A stretch of 39,663 nucleotides of DNA from Actinomycetes bacterium (GTDB taxonomy: Bacteria > Actinomycetota > Acidimicrobiia > Acidimicrobiales > VFJN01), in the NCBI GenBank assembly GCA_031422255.1, contig JANOQG010000382.1, positions 1-39,663 on the forward strand, written 5' to 3'. A program made the translations under genes and the position numbers. This document shows, piece after piece, positions 18,056-27,941 of this stretch (positions within the stretch are counted from its first letter, which is position 1; each line of letters begins with the position of its first letter). Below the pieces are notes generated by a model. That model did no database searches. It was not told the DNA's origin and worked only from the letters and a program-made list of their open reading frames with translations.

Positions 18056-19228
18056 GTGACCCGCCGCACTGCCTCGACCGTGCTCGTCGCGCTCCTGCTG
18101 GCCGCCGCCGGCTGCGGGGGTGACGATCCGGACGGCAACGCCGCCCGCGGATCGACGACGGCTGTCCAAGGAGAGAGGGGTGCGTTCTGCTCCGCCTGGA
18201 ACGCCGCGATTGTCAGCGGTGACGATGCGGCTGTCGATGCGGTGTTGGACGGTGCCCCCGCGGAGCTCGAGGAGGCCGCGGCCGTCGTTCGCGAGGCCGA
18301 GGCCAGTGGGTCCGAGTCACCGGAGGCAGAGGCCGCGGTGGCCGAGATACTGAACTGGACGGCGCTGCAGTGCGAGGTGGGCGGGCCGGGGCCGAGCCAG
18401 CGACGCGTCGCCCCGACGATCGACGCTGCGTTCGACGGGCTGACGTTCTGCAGCACGACCTCGCTGCCACTAAGGCCAGACGACAGTCAGTCGGGGATGC
18501 TGCTGTACGGCGCCGACGATGCCGGCGATCCGTACGACGGCTCGATGCTCGGCGTCGTCTGGAACCGGGCCGGGGATGGTGGCCACGCCGGCGACGGCGA
18601 CGCTGGGGCAGTGACGGTGCGCGGCGAGCCCGGTGTCGCCGCACCGATCACCGTCTTCCAGCAGACGGTCCTCCCTGAGCTCGGCACGGTGATCGCGTGG
18701 ACGGAGGGGGATCGGGCGATCGGCCTGTACGGGCGCGGCTGGCCGATGGAGCGAGCTGACGAGCTGCTGGCCATCGCGGATCGCCTCGAGGAGTCCGCCG
18801 ACGGCTTCCGCCTCCCGGCGGACGCCCTCCCAGACGGGTACTCCGAGGTGTTCAGCGGCAACCCATCGGTCACCTCGCTCGTGCTCACGCCATCGCCTTT
18901 GTACTCGGTGCGCTATCAGAGCGCCGACGGTCTCCTCGACGTGACCGGCATGCGGATGACCGCCGGGGAGTTCGAGGCCTTCCGCTTCTTCACCGTGGGG
19001 GTCGATGAGGGCGCCGTCGGCGGACGTGATGGGCTCCTCGGCAACGCGTGGGGCGCCGACGGGCCGGCCGTCGTGACGTGGCGCGAGTCCGATGGCCTGG
19101 TCATCCGCATCGTGGGGCTCGGCGTCCCGCTCGACGTGGCCAGTCAGGTGGCGACAGCGGCCCGTGAGCTAACCGAGGCCGAGTGGGCTGCGCTGGTCGA
19201 GGCCGACGACCAGTGCGGGGAGCTCTGA
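18056..19228 (+). CDS. Hypothetical lipoprotein
   Basis: TRR + hydrophobic stretch + LAAAGC lipobox; two internal 'VRG.PG/VGGRDG ... V.W.E' repeat-like units. Confidence 0.8.
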   Translation: MTRRTASTVLVALLLAAAGCGGDDPDGNAARGSTTAVQGERGAFCSAWNAAIVSGDDAAVDAVLDGAPAELEEAAAVVREAEASGSESPEAEAAVAEILNWTALQCEVGGPGPSQRRVAPTIDAAFDGLTFCSTTSLPLRPDDSQSGMLLYGADDAGDPYDGSMLGVVWNRAGDGGHAGDGDAGAVTVRGEPGVAAPITVFQQTVLPELGTVIAWTEGDRAIGLYGRGWPMERADELLAIADRLEESADGFRLPADALPDGYSEVFSGNPSVTSLVLTPSPLYSVRYQSADGLLDVTGMRMTAGEFEAFRFFTVGVDEGAVGGRDGLLGNAWGADGPAVVTWRESDGLVIRIVGLGVPLDVASQVATAARELTEAEWAALVEADDQCGEL

Positions 19229-19680
19229 CCGCACTGGTCGCGCTTGGTGCTCTGGGAATCGTCGCGCTCGGCGCCGTCCTGGCCGTGGCGTTGTTCGTCG
19301 GCGCCCGTCGGGACAGCAGCTGGATCAAGCCGGCGGTGCTCGGCGTCGTAGCCGGCGCAGCGATGATCCTCGGTGGCCTGTGGGTGATGGGGGTGGTCGA
19401 CGACCTGGGGTGGGACGTCAGCCCAGAAGAGGTGCAGCTGGCGGCGATCAACGCATTGCTCGAGGACCAGCCGCTCTCACGCGGCATGCGCCTCCACGCC
19501 ACGGTCCACTACGGGGGTCAGAGCTGCGGTGGGGTCGTCGAGCTGACGACGACGGCGAGCAGTCACATCTACGTCGTCGGTCACGACAGCGGCGCTCCCA
19601 TGGCGGGCGCGTTCGACGGCACCGTGAGCGAAGCGATCGAGGACCTCCGCCGCCGCGGCTACGACTGTCCGGACCTCTGA
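19213..19680 (+). CDS. Hypothetical membrane protein (2 N-terminal TM helices)
   Basis: Overlaps the lipoprotein stop; hydrophobic N-terminus; GC3-biased codons; start uncertain. Confidence 0.6.
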   Translation: MRGALTALVALGALGIVALGAVLAVALFVGARRDSSWIKPAVLGVVAGAAMILGGLWVMGVVDDLGWDVSPEEVQLAAINALLEDQPLSRGMRLHATVHYGGQSCGGVVELTTTASSHIYVVGHDSGAPMAGAFDGTVSEAIEDLRRRGYDCPDL

Positions 19681-19737
19681 CCTCGCTGGACTCGACGGGG
19701 GCTCCGGTCAGGCCGTCGCCGTGCGGCTCGGCAGGAC

Positions 19738-19759
19738 TGTCACACCCCCTGCGTAGGGT
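19738..19759 (+). promoter_or_regulatory. RecA-NDp/PafBC-like DNA-damage promoter (TGTCAC-N10-TAGGGT), leaderless
   Basis: Near match to TGTC(G/A)G-N10-TAnnnT; -10 lies 6 nt before ATG 19766. Confidence 0.6.
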
Positions 19760-19765
19760 CTTCTC

Positions 19766-21115
19766 ATGCTCCATTCCGCACCGCTCGACAAGGCGCACGC
19801 CGCGGAGACGGCTGCGTGGGCGGCCGCGTCAGCGGTGCGGAACCCGGATGAGATCTCCGCCGCGGATGCGGTGGCGGTGTACCAGGTGATGGAGCGGGTG
19901 GCCAGGGCGGCGGGTGCCGCCAAGCTGCTGCTGGCCAAGCGGGTGGATGCGTCCGGGGAGGCTCGGCGGCAGGGCTTCCGAACGACCGCCGAGCTGCTGG
20001 CCAAGCTGTCCGGGAGCTCGCTCGGGGCCGCCAAGGGAGACCTGGAGATGTCGGAGGCGCTCGATGACCTGCCGGGCACGAAGGACGCGTTGCTCGGCGG
20101 TGATGTGTCGCCCGAGCAGGGGAAGATCGTCGCCGGGGCGGCCAAGAGGAACCCGGGCGCGGAGCGCCGGCTGATCAAGAAGGCGAAGACGGCCAACAAC
20201 CGAGAGCTCCAGGAGGAGGCTCAGAAGGTGAAGGCCGAGGCCGATCCCGACCCTGAGGCCACCCATCGGCGCATCCATCGGGAGCGACGGCTGTCGCACT
20301 TCACCGACGGCGAGGGTGCGTGGAACGTCCGGGGGCGCGGCACCGTCGAGGACGGCGCCATCGTGAGGGCCGAGCTCGACCGCCTGCTCGACGACATCTT
20401 TCGAGAGCGCGGCAAGAGCGGCACGACGGAGTGCCGGGATGCGTACGCCTTCGATGCGCTGCGGTCGATGGCGGAGCGGTCACGCGAGCTCCACCTCGGC
20501 GGTCGGCCGGAGGCGGGGCCGCGGCGTCAGCCGGCGCCCCAACACCTCGCGCTGCTCCGCCTGGACATCGCAGCGCTGTGGCGCGGCTACGTGCACGGCG
20601 ACGAGCTGTGCGAGATCACCGGGCTCGGCCCGATCCCGGTCGCCACCGCCACGCGCTTGCTGGGCGACGCGGTCCTGAAGCTGATCATCACCAAGGGCGT
20701 CGACGTCGCCCACGTGACCAGCCTCACCCGTGGGCCAACTCAGGCGATGCACTACGCCTCCCTGTGGTCCTCGCCTACCTGCACGGCCGAGGGCTGCTCG
20801 CGCACCATCGTCGAGTACGACCACCGCACCGGTGCGGAGTACAAGCACACCAGGCACACCCGCCTCGACGAGATCGACCGGGTGTGCTGCGGCCACCACG
20901 ACCTCCACACGCACAAGGGGTGGGCCCTCGTAGCGGGTTCGGGCAAGCGGCCCATGGTGCCCCCAGAGGACCTTCGCCATCCGCACAACAGCGGCCCCAT
21001 GTCGGGCGATCCGCCGTTGCCGCAAAACGCTGACGGAGTCAGCGCTCTCTCCAACGCTGTGCAAGAAGCAGTAGACGCCCGCCGACGCACGACAGCCACC
21101 CTCTTCGCAGGCTGA
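19766..21115 (+). CDS. DUF222 + HNH endonuclease domain protein (REP13E12-like family)
   Basis: Helical N-terminus, ERRLS, DAL, CEITGLGPIP, C-terminal CTAEGC...YDH...CCGHHDLHTHKGW. Confidence 0.88.
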   Translation: MLHSAPLDKAHAAETAAWAAASAVRNPDEISAADAVAVYQVMERVARAAGAAKLLLAKRVDASGEARRQGFRTTAELLAKLSGSSLGAAKGDLEMSEALDDLPGTKDALLGGDVSPEQGKIVAGAAKRNPGAERRLIKKAKTANNRELQEEAQKVKAEADPDPEATHRRIHRERRLSHFTDGEGAWNVRGRGTVEDGAIVRAELDRLLDDIFRERGKSGTTECRDAYAFDALRSMAERSRELHLGGRPEAGPRRQPAPQHLALLRLDIAALWRGYVHGDELCEITGLGPIPVATATRLLGDAVLKLIITKGVDVAHVTSLTRGPTQAMHYASLWSSPTCTAEGCSRTIVEYDHRTGAEYKHTRHTRLDEIDRVCCGHHDLHTHKGWALVAGSGKRPMVPPEDLRHPHNSGPMSGDPPLPQNADGVSALSNAVQEAVDARRRTTATLFAG

Positions 21116-21134
21116 TCCCGGCGGGTAGAAGCGG

Positions 21135-21387
21135 TCAGACCGCCGCGACCCGCCCAACGATGTGGAGCTGCGAGGCCATCGAGCGGTACGGATCCCGCTG
21201 ACACACACGCACGCCGTACCAGGCGACCAGGTCGCGATCCATCGAGCAACTCGATCTGCACGCCAGCCGCCTCGGCCTGAGTCCCTTGACCGCACCCCGC
21301 GTCGAGGACCGTCACGTCGGGACGGGCGTGCTGGGCGAGCTGCCCCCGGATCACGTCCTGCCTGATGGAGTTGCGCAGGTTGCGGAC
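21135..21387 (-). pseudogene. Internally deleted remnant of a class I SAM-dependent methyltransferase
   Basis: RNLRNSIRQDVIRGQL..VLDAGCGQGTQA (motif I) followed, in another frame, by LVAWYGVRVCQRDPYRSMASQLHIVGRVAAV*. Confidence 0.6.
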
Positions 21388-21415
21388 CGGGCTCCGACGC
21401 TCGCGGCGGTCATCG

Positions 21416-21520
21416 ATGCTGCAGGGGCTTCGGATGCTCGACATCACGAATGACGGTCACCCCGACGACACGGCAGAAGCAGTCATCGCTGCATCTGGTT
21501 GGGGACAGCTCGGGACCTAG
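21416..21520 (+). pseudogene. Possible C-terminal remnant of a small P-loop kinase
   Basis: MLQGLRMLDITNDGHPDDTAEAVIAASGW resembles the last strand-helix of such kinases. Confidence 0.3.
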
Positions 21521-21551
21521 CGGACGACGCCGGGGCGCGAGGGATCGGGTG

Positions 21552-22211
21552 TCAGAACAGCGACGTCTGGGCTCGCTCGACGCCGCGGAGCTGGTCGTAG
21601 TCGACTTCCACGCAGATGATGCCGCGCTCGGCTGCCAAGGCCTTCGCCTGCGGCTTGATCACCTGCGCCACGAACATGCCCCGCACTGGGCGGAGCATCG
21701 GGTCGCGGTCCATGAACTCGAGGTAGCGAGCGAGCTGTTCGACGCCGTCGATCTCGCCGCGCCGCTTGATCTCGACTGCCACCGAGCGGCCTTGGGCATC
21801 CGTGCACAGCAGGTCGACCGGGCCGATCTCTGTGCGGTGCTCTCGCCGCACGAGCACCATTCCCGTTTCGAGGGTGTGGCAGGCGTCGGCGAGCAGCTCC
21901 TGGAGGTGGGCTTCGACTCCGTCCTTCTGGAGGCCGGGATCGGTACCAAGGTCATGGGCGCTGTCGGACATCACCGCTTCGATGGTGATTCGCAGGGTCT
22001 CGCCCTTGGGGTTGGTGACCGTCCACTCTGTGTCCCCTTCGATCACACGATTGGGCGCGTTCATCCAGTTGAGCGGCTTGTAGGCGCCGCCGTCGGCATG
22101 GATGGCCACACACCCGTCGGCCTTGACCATGATCAATCGAGTGGCCATCGGGAGATGGGCGGAGAGCCGTCCCTCGTAGTCCACCGAGCATCGAGCAATG
22201 ACCAGTCGCAT
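21552..22211 (-). CDS. nucS: Mismatch-specific endonuclease NucS/EndoMS
   Basis: [54 protein letters not shown]. Confidence 0.97.
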   Translation of the reverse strand: MRLVIARCSVDYEGRLSAHLPMATRLIMVKADGCVAIHADGGAYKPLNWMNAPNRVIEGDTEWTVTNPKGETLRITIEAVMSDSAHDLGTDPGLQKDGVEAHLQELLADACHTLETGMVLVRREHRTEIGPVDLLCTDAQGRSVAVEIKRRGEIDGVEQLARYLEFMDRDPMLRPVRGMFVAQVIKPQAKALAAERGIICVEVDYDQLRGVERAQTSLF

Positions 22212-22213
22212 GA

Positions 22214-23794
22214 CTAGCGGTCGCGCTGATGCAGTCGGTCGCGGATGATCTCGCGCCGCTCCCGGAGGTCGCGGTGGGTCACCTTGTCGACCGAGTCGTC
22301 CAGACCGAAGCTCGCCTTCACGCCGGCGAGGTCGAGCCGGTACTCGTCGCCTGCCTTCATCCCGAGCTCGGCGGCGATTCGCTCGCCGTGCACCTGTGCG
22401 AAGTGCATCGACACCTCACCGATCTGTCCGATGATGTCGAGGTCTGGCGCAAGCGTGGCCACCGCGCCATCGAGGAACACCATGTTCTTCACGAAGAGCA
22501 TGAGCTCCTTGGGGAGCTTTGCGCCGATTCCCAGCAGCGCCTTCATCACCTTCTGGATCTCGGCGACGAGCTCGTCCGCCGACAACGTGATGGGGTCGAC
22601 CACTGGACGGTCGAGGCCGAGGTCGTCGATGACGGCTTGGATGTCGGCGTCTGGGGGGAGTGCGCCGAGGTCGCGGAGAGCCTCGAGCTGACCGGTGAGA
22701 TCGTTGGCGGTGGCCGTCATGAGGAGCCGCAGGAACGCGAGGCGACGCGGCTCGGAGAGCCGGCCGACGATCCCGAAGTCCAGCAGCGCCGTGCGTCCGT
22801 CCGGCAGCACGAACAGGTTGCCGCCGTGCAGGTCGCCGTGGAAGATGCCGTGGATCATGGCCCCTTCCAGGAACCCGATCAGGCCGGTGCGCACCACCGC
22901 CTCGGTGTCGACGCCGGCTTCCTTCATTCCCACGACGTCGTCGAACTTGAAGCCGTCAAGCCGTTCCATCACCAGGACCCGTGGCGTGACCAGCTCGGGG
23001 TGTGGACGGGGGACCACATAACCCCGCTGGCCGAGCCGCGCGAACGACTGGGCTACGTCGAGCATGTTGTCCGCCTCGATGCGGAAATCAAGCTCCTCCG
23101 TGATCGTCTCGGCGAAGAGCTCCACGAGGGCCGGCGGGTTGGCGAGCGCAGCGATCGGGATGCGGCCAACTGCGAACGGAGCGATCCACGCCATCACCCG
23201 AAGGTCGCGGTGCACGAGCTCCCCAACAGACGGGCGCTGCACCTTGACGACGACGGACTCACCCGTCCGCAGGGTGGCCGCGTGCACCTGTGCGATCGAT
23301 GCCGCGGCGAGGGGTTCGGGATGGAACTCGCTGAACACGTCCTCGAGGGAACGTCCAAGGTCCTCCTCGACGACGCGACGCACGGTGCTGAACGGCTCAG
23401 GCGGTACCTGATCGCGGCACTTCTTGAACTCAGCGACGAGCTCCTCAGGAAAGATCCCCTCGCCCGACGAGAGGATCTGCCCGAGCTTGATGTAGGTGGG
23501 CCCGAGCTGCTCCGCTGCGACGCGCAATCGGCGGGACACATCGGCCCGCGAGGCGGTGCCACCCTTTCGGCGGGCTCCGACGAACCACAGCACCAACGCG
23601 GTGCCGAGGAGTCGCACGGTCCGAAGCACGCGCAGTCCGGGAGGGATGCGCCCGGCTCGGGTGAGGCGAGGCAGGTCATCGGCGATCTGCTGGCGCAGTC
23701 CAGGCGTGGCGCGCCGCCAGCGCAGCGTCTCCGGTTCGACGATCCACGGCGCGTCCTCGCTGAAGCTCCCCAGCTCGAGGTCGGTGGCGATCAT
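22214..23794 (-). CDS. ABC1/AarF/UbiB family atypical kinase
   Basis: [46 protein letters not shown]; start ATG 23794 or upstream 23821. Confidence 0.93.
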   Translation of the reverse strand: MIATDLELGSFSEDAPWIVEPETLRWRRATPGLRQQIADDLPRLTRAGRIPPGLRVLRTVRLLGTALVLWFVGARRKGGTASRADVSRRLRVAAEQLGPTYIKLGQILSSGEGIFPEELVAEFKKCRDQVPPEPFSTVRRVVEEDLGRSLEDVFSEFHPEPLAAASIAQVHAATLRTGESVVVKVQRPSVGELVHRDLRVMAWIAPFAVGRIPIAALANPPALVELFAETITEELDFRIEADNMLDVAQSFARLGQRGYVVPRPHPELVTPRVLVMERLDGFKFDDVVGMKEAGVDTEAVVRTGLIGFLEGAMIHGIFHGDLHGGNLFVLPDGRTALLDFGIVGRLSEPRRLAFLRLLMTATANDLTGQLEALRDLGALPPDADIQAVIDDLGLDRPVVDPITLSADELVAEIQKVMKALLGIGAKLPKELMLFVKNMVFLDGAVATLAPDLDIIGQIGEVSMHFAQVHGERIAAELGMKAGDEYRLDLAGVKASFGLDDSVDKVTHRDLRERREIIRDRLHQRDR

Positions 23795-23845
23795 GGCGAC
23801 GATGAGTATCGCGCGCACCACGGCATCTCTACGATCGCCCTGGGT

Positions 23846-23872
23846 TCAGGTCTGCGGGCCGGATGTCGATGA
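23846..23872 (+). promoter_or_regulatory. Putative sigma28 (FliA/WhiG)-type promoter TCAG-N15-GTCGATGA
   Basis: Resembles TAAA-N15-GCCGATAA; 7 nt before the in-frame GTG at 23880. Confidence 0.45.
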
Positions 23873-23879
23873 CCTTGCG

Positions 23880-26216
23880 GTGGTGACCGAGGAACGCTCA
23901 CGGACGTTCGGGCGACGAGCTGTTCCCCTCGCGCTCGCCGTCGGCGCGGCGGCGCATCTTGGATACCTCGCCTTCGCGCCCGGATCGCCTCAATCGGTCA
24001 TGGTCGTCAACGACCTCACCCAGGCGGTCGTTCCCCTGCTCATCGCGGCTCCGGCGACCTTCTTGGCGGCCCGCCGCTCGACGGGACGATTGCGCACGTC
24101 ATGGTTGCTGCTCGCCGCCGCTTGCGCCACGTGGGGTCTGGGCCAGGTGGTGTGGACCTGGTTCGAGGTGGTGCTCGATCAACCCGTGCCGTATCCGGGT
24201 CTCGCTGATGTTGGGTATCTCGGATCCATTCCCCTGCTCCTGGCGGGTGTGCTCATGTTCCCGTCGTCGTCGCTGCGGACCGCCGGTCGAGCGCGCGCTG
24301 TCGTCGATGGGCTGATCACCACAAGTGCGTTGCTCTTCGCCAGCTACGGCACGTTTCTGGAGACCGTGTACTCGACGAGCGAGGGGCGGCTCCTCGAACG
24401 CGCCATCGCCGTCACCTACCCCGTTTCGGACATCGTGACGGTGTCGGTCGTACTTGCCGTGCTTGCTCGTCGATCGCATCGGATGAACGGCCCGCTCCCG
24501 ATCATTGCGGCCGGGCTGGCGGCTCTCGCCGTTGCGGACAGCGCATTCGCCTACCTGACCTCCACCGGCTCCTATGGGGCAGATCCGGTGACTGACCTCG
24601 GCTGGCCGCTTGGCTTCGCGCTCATCGCATACGCCGCCTGGCTCCCCGAGGCTGGCAGTGCGGAATCGAGTCATCGGGCTGGCTCGGGCGCGGCGATCGC
24701 GCTGGCGTACCTCCCGGTGTTCCCCGCGGTAGCGGTCTTCGCCGTACGGTCGTTCGGCAGTGAGCCCATTGGTCCGTTTCTGGGGATCACCGGCAGTGCG
24801 CTGGTCCTGCTGTTCGCGGCCCGGCAGGTGCTCACCCTGTCGGAGAACCGAGCCCTGACTGCTCACCTCGAGCGGTCACTGTCCGATCTTCGGGAACGCG
24901 AGGAGGAGCTGCAGTTCCAGGCATTCCACGACCCGCTGACGTCCCTCGCCAACCGCGCCCTGTTCCGTGACCGCCTCGAGCACGCCCTGGAACAACGCCG
25001 AGATGCGCCGATCTCGGTGCTGTTCGTCGACCTGGATGACTTCAAGAACGTGAACGACAGCATGGGTCACGACGCCGGCGACCGGCTCCTCGCCGCAGTG
25101 GGCGAGCGGCTGCGGGCGTGCGTGCGCCCCGGAGACACGGTGGCGCGACTCGGTGGCGATGAGTTCGCGATCCTGGTGGAGGGTGACCGCGCAGAGGTGG
25201 ACGGACCGGCGCTCGCCCAACGGGTGCTGGCCGCGCTCGATGTCCCCTTTTCGCTCGCTGGCCGTGATCTGCGGGTGGGCGCCAGCCTCGGCCTCTCCAC
25301 GGGGCCCTACACCTCGGGCGAGAGCGCGATTCAAGACGCGGACCTCGCGATGTATTCGGCCAAGGCGAACGGCAAGGCCAGGGTGGCGGTGTTCGAACGC
25401 GGCATGCGGACGAGCGCGATCGATCGACTGGAGCTGGTGGGCGACATTCGACGAGCAGCCGAGCAGGGCCAGCTCGAAGTGCATGTGCAACCCATCGTCG
25501 ACCTCCAAACCCTGCAGGTGGAAGGTCATGAAGCGCTGCTGCGCTGGCGGCACCCGGTGAGGGGGCTTCTCCAGCCGGCGTCGTTCCTCGATCTGGCGGT
25601 CGAGACGGGAACCATCGTGCCGATGGGGTGGTGGGTGATGGAGCGCGCCTGCGAGCAGGCTGCGGCTTGGCCCGATGGCGCCGGCACGATTGGGGTGAAC
25701 CTGGCCGCCGGCCAGCTGCTCGATCCGTCGGCGGTGACGACGGTGGCGGCGATCCTGAACCGCACGGGCCTCGTCCCGACCCGGCTGTTGCTCGAGATCA
25801 CCGAGTCGGTGCTCTTGGACGCTGACAGGATCGGGCATCGCCTTCACCAGCTGCGCGCCCTGGGGGTGCGGTTGGCAATCGACGACTTCGGCACGGGCTA
25901 CTCCTCCCTCAGCTACTTGACGCGCCTCCCGGTGGACGTTGTGAAGATCGACCGGTCCTTCGTGGAACGGTTGGGGGGGCCGAAGGAGGACGAGGTGCTC
26001 GTGGGCGCCGTGATCCAGCTCGCGCGAAGCCTTGGGCTGCGATCGGTGGGCGAGGGAGTGGAAACCGTGGCACAGATGGAGCGCCTGCGAGCCCTCGGTT
26101 GCGATGCGGGTCAGGGCTTCCTCTTCGGTCATCCCCACGTCGAACCTCGCTTCGACCTTGATGGGGTTCGGGCCCTGCCAGCATTGCCCCCGTTCGAGCA
26201 GCACCTGGCGCAGTAG
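23880..26216 (+). CDS. Multi-TM sensor + diguanylate cyclase (GGDEF) + phosphodiesterase (EAL)
   Basis: About 9 TM helices, HDPLTSLANR, DLDDFK.VND, RPGD I-site, GGDEF, EALLRW, EITE, DDFGTGYSSL, KIDRSF, EGVE; start uncertain. Confidence 0.93.
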   Translation: MVTEERSRTFGRRAVPLALAVGAAAHLGYLAFAPGSPQSVMVVNDLTQAVVPLLIAAPATFLAARRSTGRLRTSWLLLAAACATWGLGQVVWTWFEVVLDQPVPYPGLADVGYLGSIPLLLAGVLMFPSSSLRTAGRARAVVDGLITTSALLFASYGTFLETVYSTSEGRLLERAIAVTYPVSDIVTVSVVLAVLARRSHRMNGPLPIIAAGLAALAVADSAFAYLTSTGSYGADPVTDLGWPLGFALIAYAAWLPEAGSAESSHRAGSGAAIALAYLPVFPAVAVFAVRSFGSEPIGPFLGITGSALVLLFAARQVLTLSENRALTAHLERSLSDLREREEELQFQAFHDPLTSLANRALFRDRLEHALEQRRDAPISVLFVDLDDFKNVNDSMGHDAGDRLLAAVGERLRACVRPGDTVARLGGDEFAILVEGDRAEVDGPALAQRVLAALDVPFSLAGRDLRVGASLGLSTGPYTSGESAIQDADLAMYSAKANGKARVAVFERGMRTSAIDRLELVGDIRRAAEQGQLEVHVQPIVDLQTLQVEGHEALLRWRHPVRGLLQPASFLDLAVETGTIVPMGWWVMERACEQAAAWPDGAGTIGVNLAAGQLLDPSAVTTVAAILNRTGLVPTRLLLEITESVLLDADRIGHRLHQLRALGVRLAIDDFGTGYSSLSYLTRLPVDVVKIDRSFVERLGGPKEDEVLVGAVIQLARSLGLRSVGEGVETVAQMERLRALGCDAGQGFLFGHPHVEPRFDLDGVRALPALPPFEQHLAQ

Positions 26217-26223
26217 CCGCTCC

Positions 26224-26985
26224 CTACGCGTTCAGCGCGCGCAGCGAGTCGTCGGCGAGGTCAGCTCGGCAGATCAGCAGGTCGGGTAGCCACGGGTCCC
26301 GACGGTTGTAGCGGAGGGGACTTCCATCGAGCCGGCTGGCGTGCAGCCCCGCGGCGAGGGCAACAGCCGCGGGCGCAGCGTTGTCCCACTCGTATTGCCC
26401 GCCCGCGTGTGCGTAGATGTCGGCCTCTCCCAGCACGACTGCCATGGCCTTGGCGCCGGCGGACCCAAGTGGGTGCAGGGTCCCGCCGAGGGCATCTTGG
26501 ATCAGGTGCGCGTGGTGCGACGGTCGCGACCGTGAGACGAGGATGCGAGGAGGCCCGGACCAAGCGGTGGGCGCCGCAGGAACCGGGCTGGTGCCAAGGG
26601 TGATGCCGCGGGCGGGGCCGGCCCCCGCGCCCGCGGCCACGGTGCCATGGATGGCCAGCGCCACATGGACCGCCCAGTCCGCCCGCCCGCGCTCGCTGAA
26701 CTCCCGCGTGCCGTCCACCGGGTCGATGATCCAGACGCGTTCGGCGGTGAGGCGACCAAGGTCATCACGACCCTCCTCGGAGAGAATTGCATCGCCGACT
26801 GGGGCCTCCCTGGCGATCAGCGCGACGAGCAGATCGTGGGCGCGAAGGTCGCCTTCGTCGCCGATGTAGAGAGGATGAAGTCCTGCATCCATGAGATCTG
26901 CTCTGAGGCGGAGCAGCAGGCTTCCCGCCGCTTCCGCTGCCCGCACCGCAAGGGCATGGTCAGCGGCAGTGGGGAGGCCGGACAC
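26224..26985 (-). CDS. cysQ: 3'(2'),5'-bisphosphate nucleotidase CysQ (copy 1)
   Basis: LSEE, WIIDPVDGTREF, GSAGAKAM, GGQYEWDNAAP. Confidence 0.92.
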   Translation of the reverse strand: MSGLPTAADHALAVRAAEAAGSLLLRLRADLMDAGLHPLYIGDEGDLRAHDLLVALIAREAPVGDAILSEEGRDDLGRLTAERVWIIDPVDGTREFSERGRADWAVHVALAIHGTVAAGAGAGPARGITLGTSPVPAAPTAWSGPPRILVSRSRPSHHAHLIQDALGGTLHPLGSAGAKAMAVVLGEADIYAHAGGQYEWDNAAPAAVALAAGLHASRLDGSPLRYNRRDPWLPDLLICRADLADDSLRALNA

Positions 26986-27029
26986 GCAGATTGCTTACCA
27001 GTCAGGTCGAGATTTACCCTGATCCACTC

Positions 27030-27941
27030 ATGGCCGCCCCCTACGAGCTTTCCCACCTCCGGGCTCTCGAGGCAGAGGCGATCCACATCATCCGTGAGGT
27101 TGCCGCGGAGTTCGAACGGCCAGCGCTGCTGTTCTCCGGCGGCAAGGACTCGATCGTGATGCTCCATCTCGCCGTGAAGGCGTTCGCGCCCGGTCGCGTT
27201 CCGTTCCCCGTGATGCATGTCGACACCGGCCACAACTTTGCTGAAGTCCTCGCCTTCCGTGATCACATGGTCGCAGCGGTTGGCGCGCGCCTCGTGGTTG
27301 CGAGCGTTGAGGATGACCTCGCCGCGGGGCGGGTCGTCGAGGAGACGGGGCCGCGGGCAAGTCGCAACCGCCTGCAGACGATCACCCTGCTCCGTGGCAT
27401 CGAGGAGCAGCGTTACGACGCTGTCTTCGGTGGGGCTCGCCGTGATGAGGAGAAGGCGCGGGCGAAGGAGCGGGTCTTCAGCTTCCGCGACGACTTCGGA
27501 CAGTGGGACCCCAAGAACCAGCGCCCGGAGCTGTGGAGCCTCTACAACGGTCGCCACAAGCAAGGCGAGCACATCCGGGTCTTCCCGTTGTCGAACTGGA
27601 CCGAGCTCGACATCTGGCAGTACATCTCCGACGAAGGCATCGAGCTCCCCGCCATCTACTTCGCCCACACGCGCAAGGTGTTCCGCCGCGATGGGATGTG
27701 GATGGACGACTCCGAGCTCATCGCTCGGCTACCGGGTGAGGAAGTGGAGGAGCGCGTCGTGCGATTCCGTACGGTGGGGGACGTCACCTGCACCGGCGCA
27801 GTCGACTCGCCGGCCTCCAACCTGGAGGAGGTCATCGCTGAGGTGGCTGCCACCCGACTCACCGAGCGGGGCGCCACACGCGCCGATGACCGCATCAGCG
27901 AAGCCGGCATGGAAGATCGCAAGCGCGAGGGCTACTTCTGA
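27030..27941 (+). CDS. cysD: Sulfate adenylyltransferase subunit 2
   Basis: LEAEAIHIIRE, FSGGKDS, GGARRDEEKARAKER, RVFPLSNWTE, MEDRKREGYF. Confidence 0.97.
   Translation: MAAPYELSHLRALEAEAIHIIREVAAEFERPALLFSGGKDSIVMLHLAVKAFAPGRVPFPVMHVDTGHNFAEVLAFRDHMVAAVGARLVVASVEDDLAAGRVVEETGPRASRNRLQTITLLRGIEEQRYDAVFGGARRDEEKARAKERVFSFRDDFGQWDPKNQRPELWSLYNGRHKQGEHIRVFPLSNWTELDIWQYISDEGIELPAIYFAHTRKVFRRDGMWMDDSELIARLPGEEVEERVVRFRTVGDVTCTGAVDSPASNLEEVIAEVAATRLTERGATRADDRISEAGMEDRKREGYF

Noticed and set aside
26605-26645. cysQ copy 1 reads AGAGAGPARG where copy 2 has VGAVALPAAS
   Set aside because: Lies in a pure G/C run and could be base-calling error or drift; the frame is intact and it cannot be judged without reads
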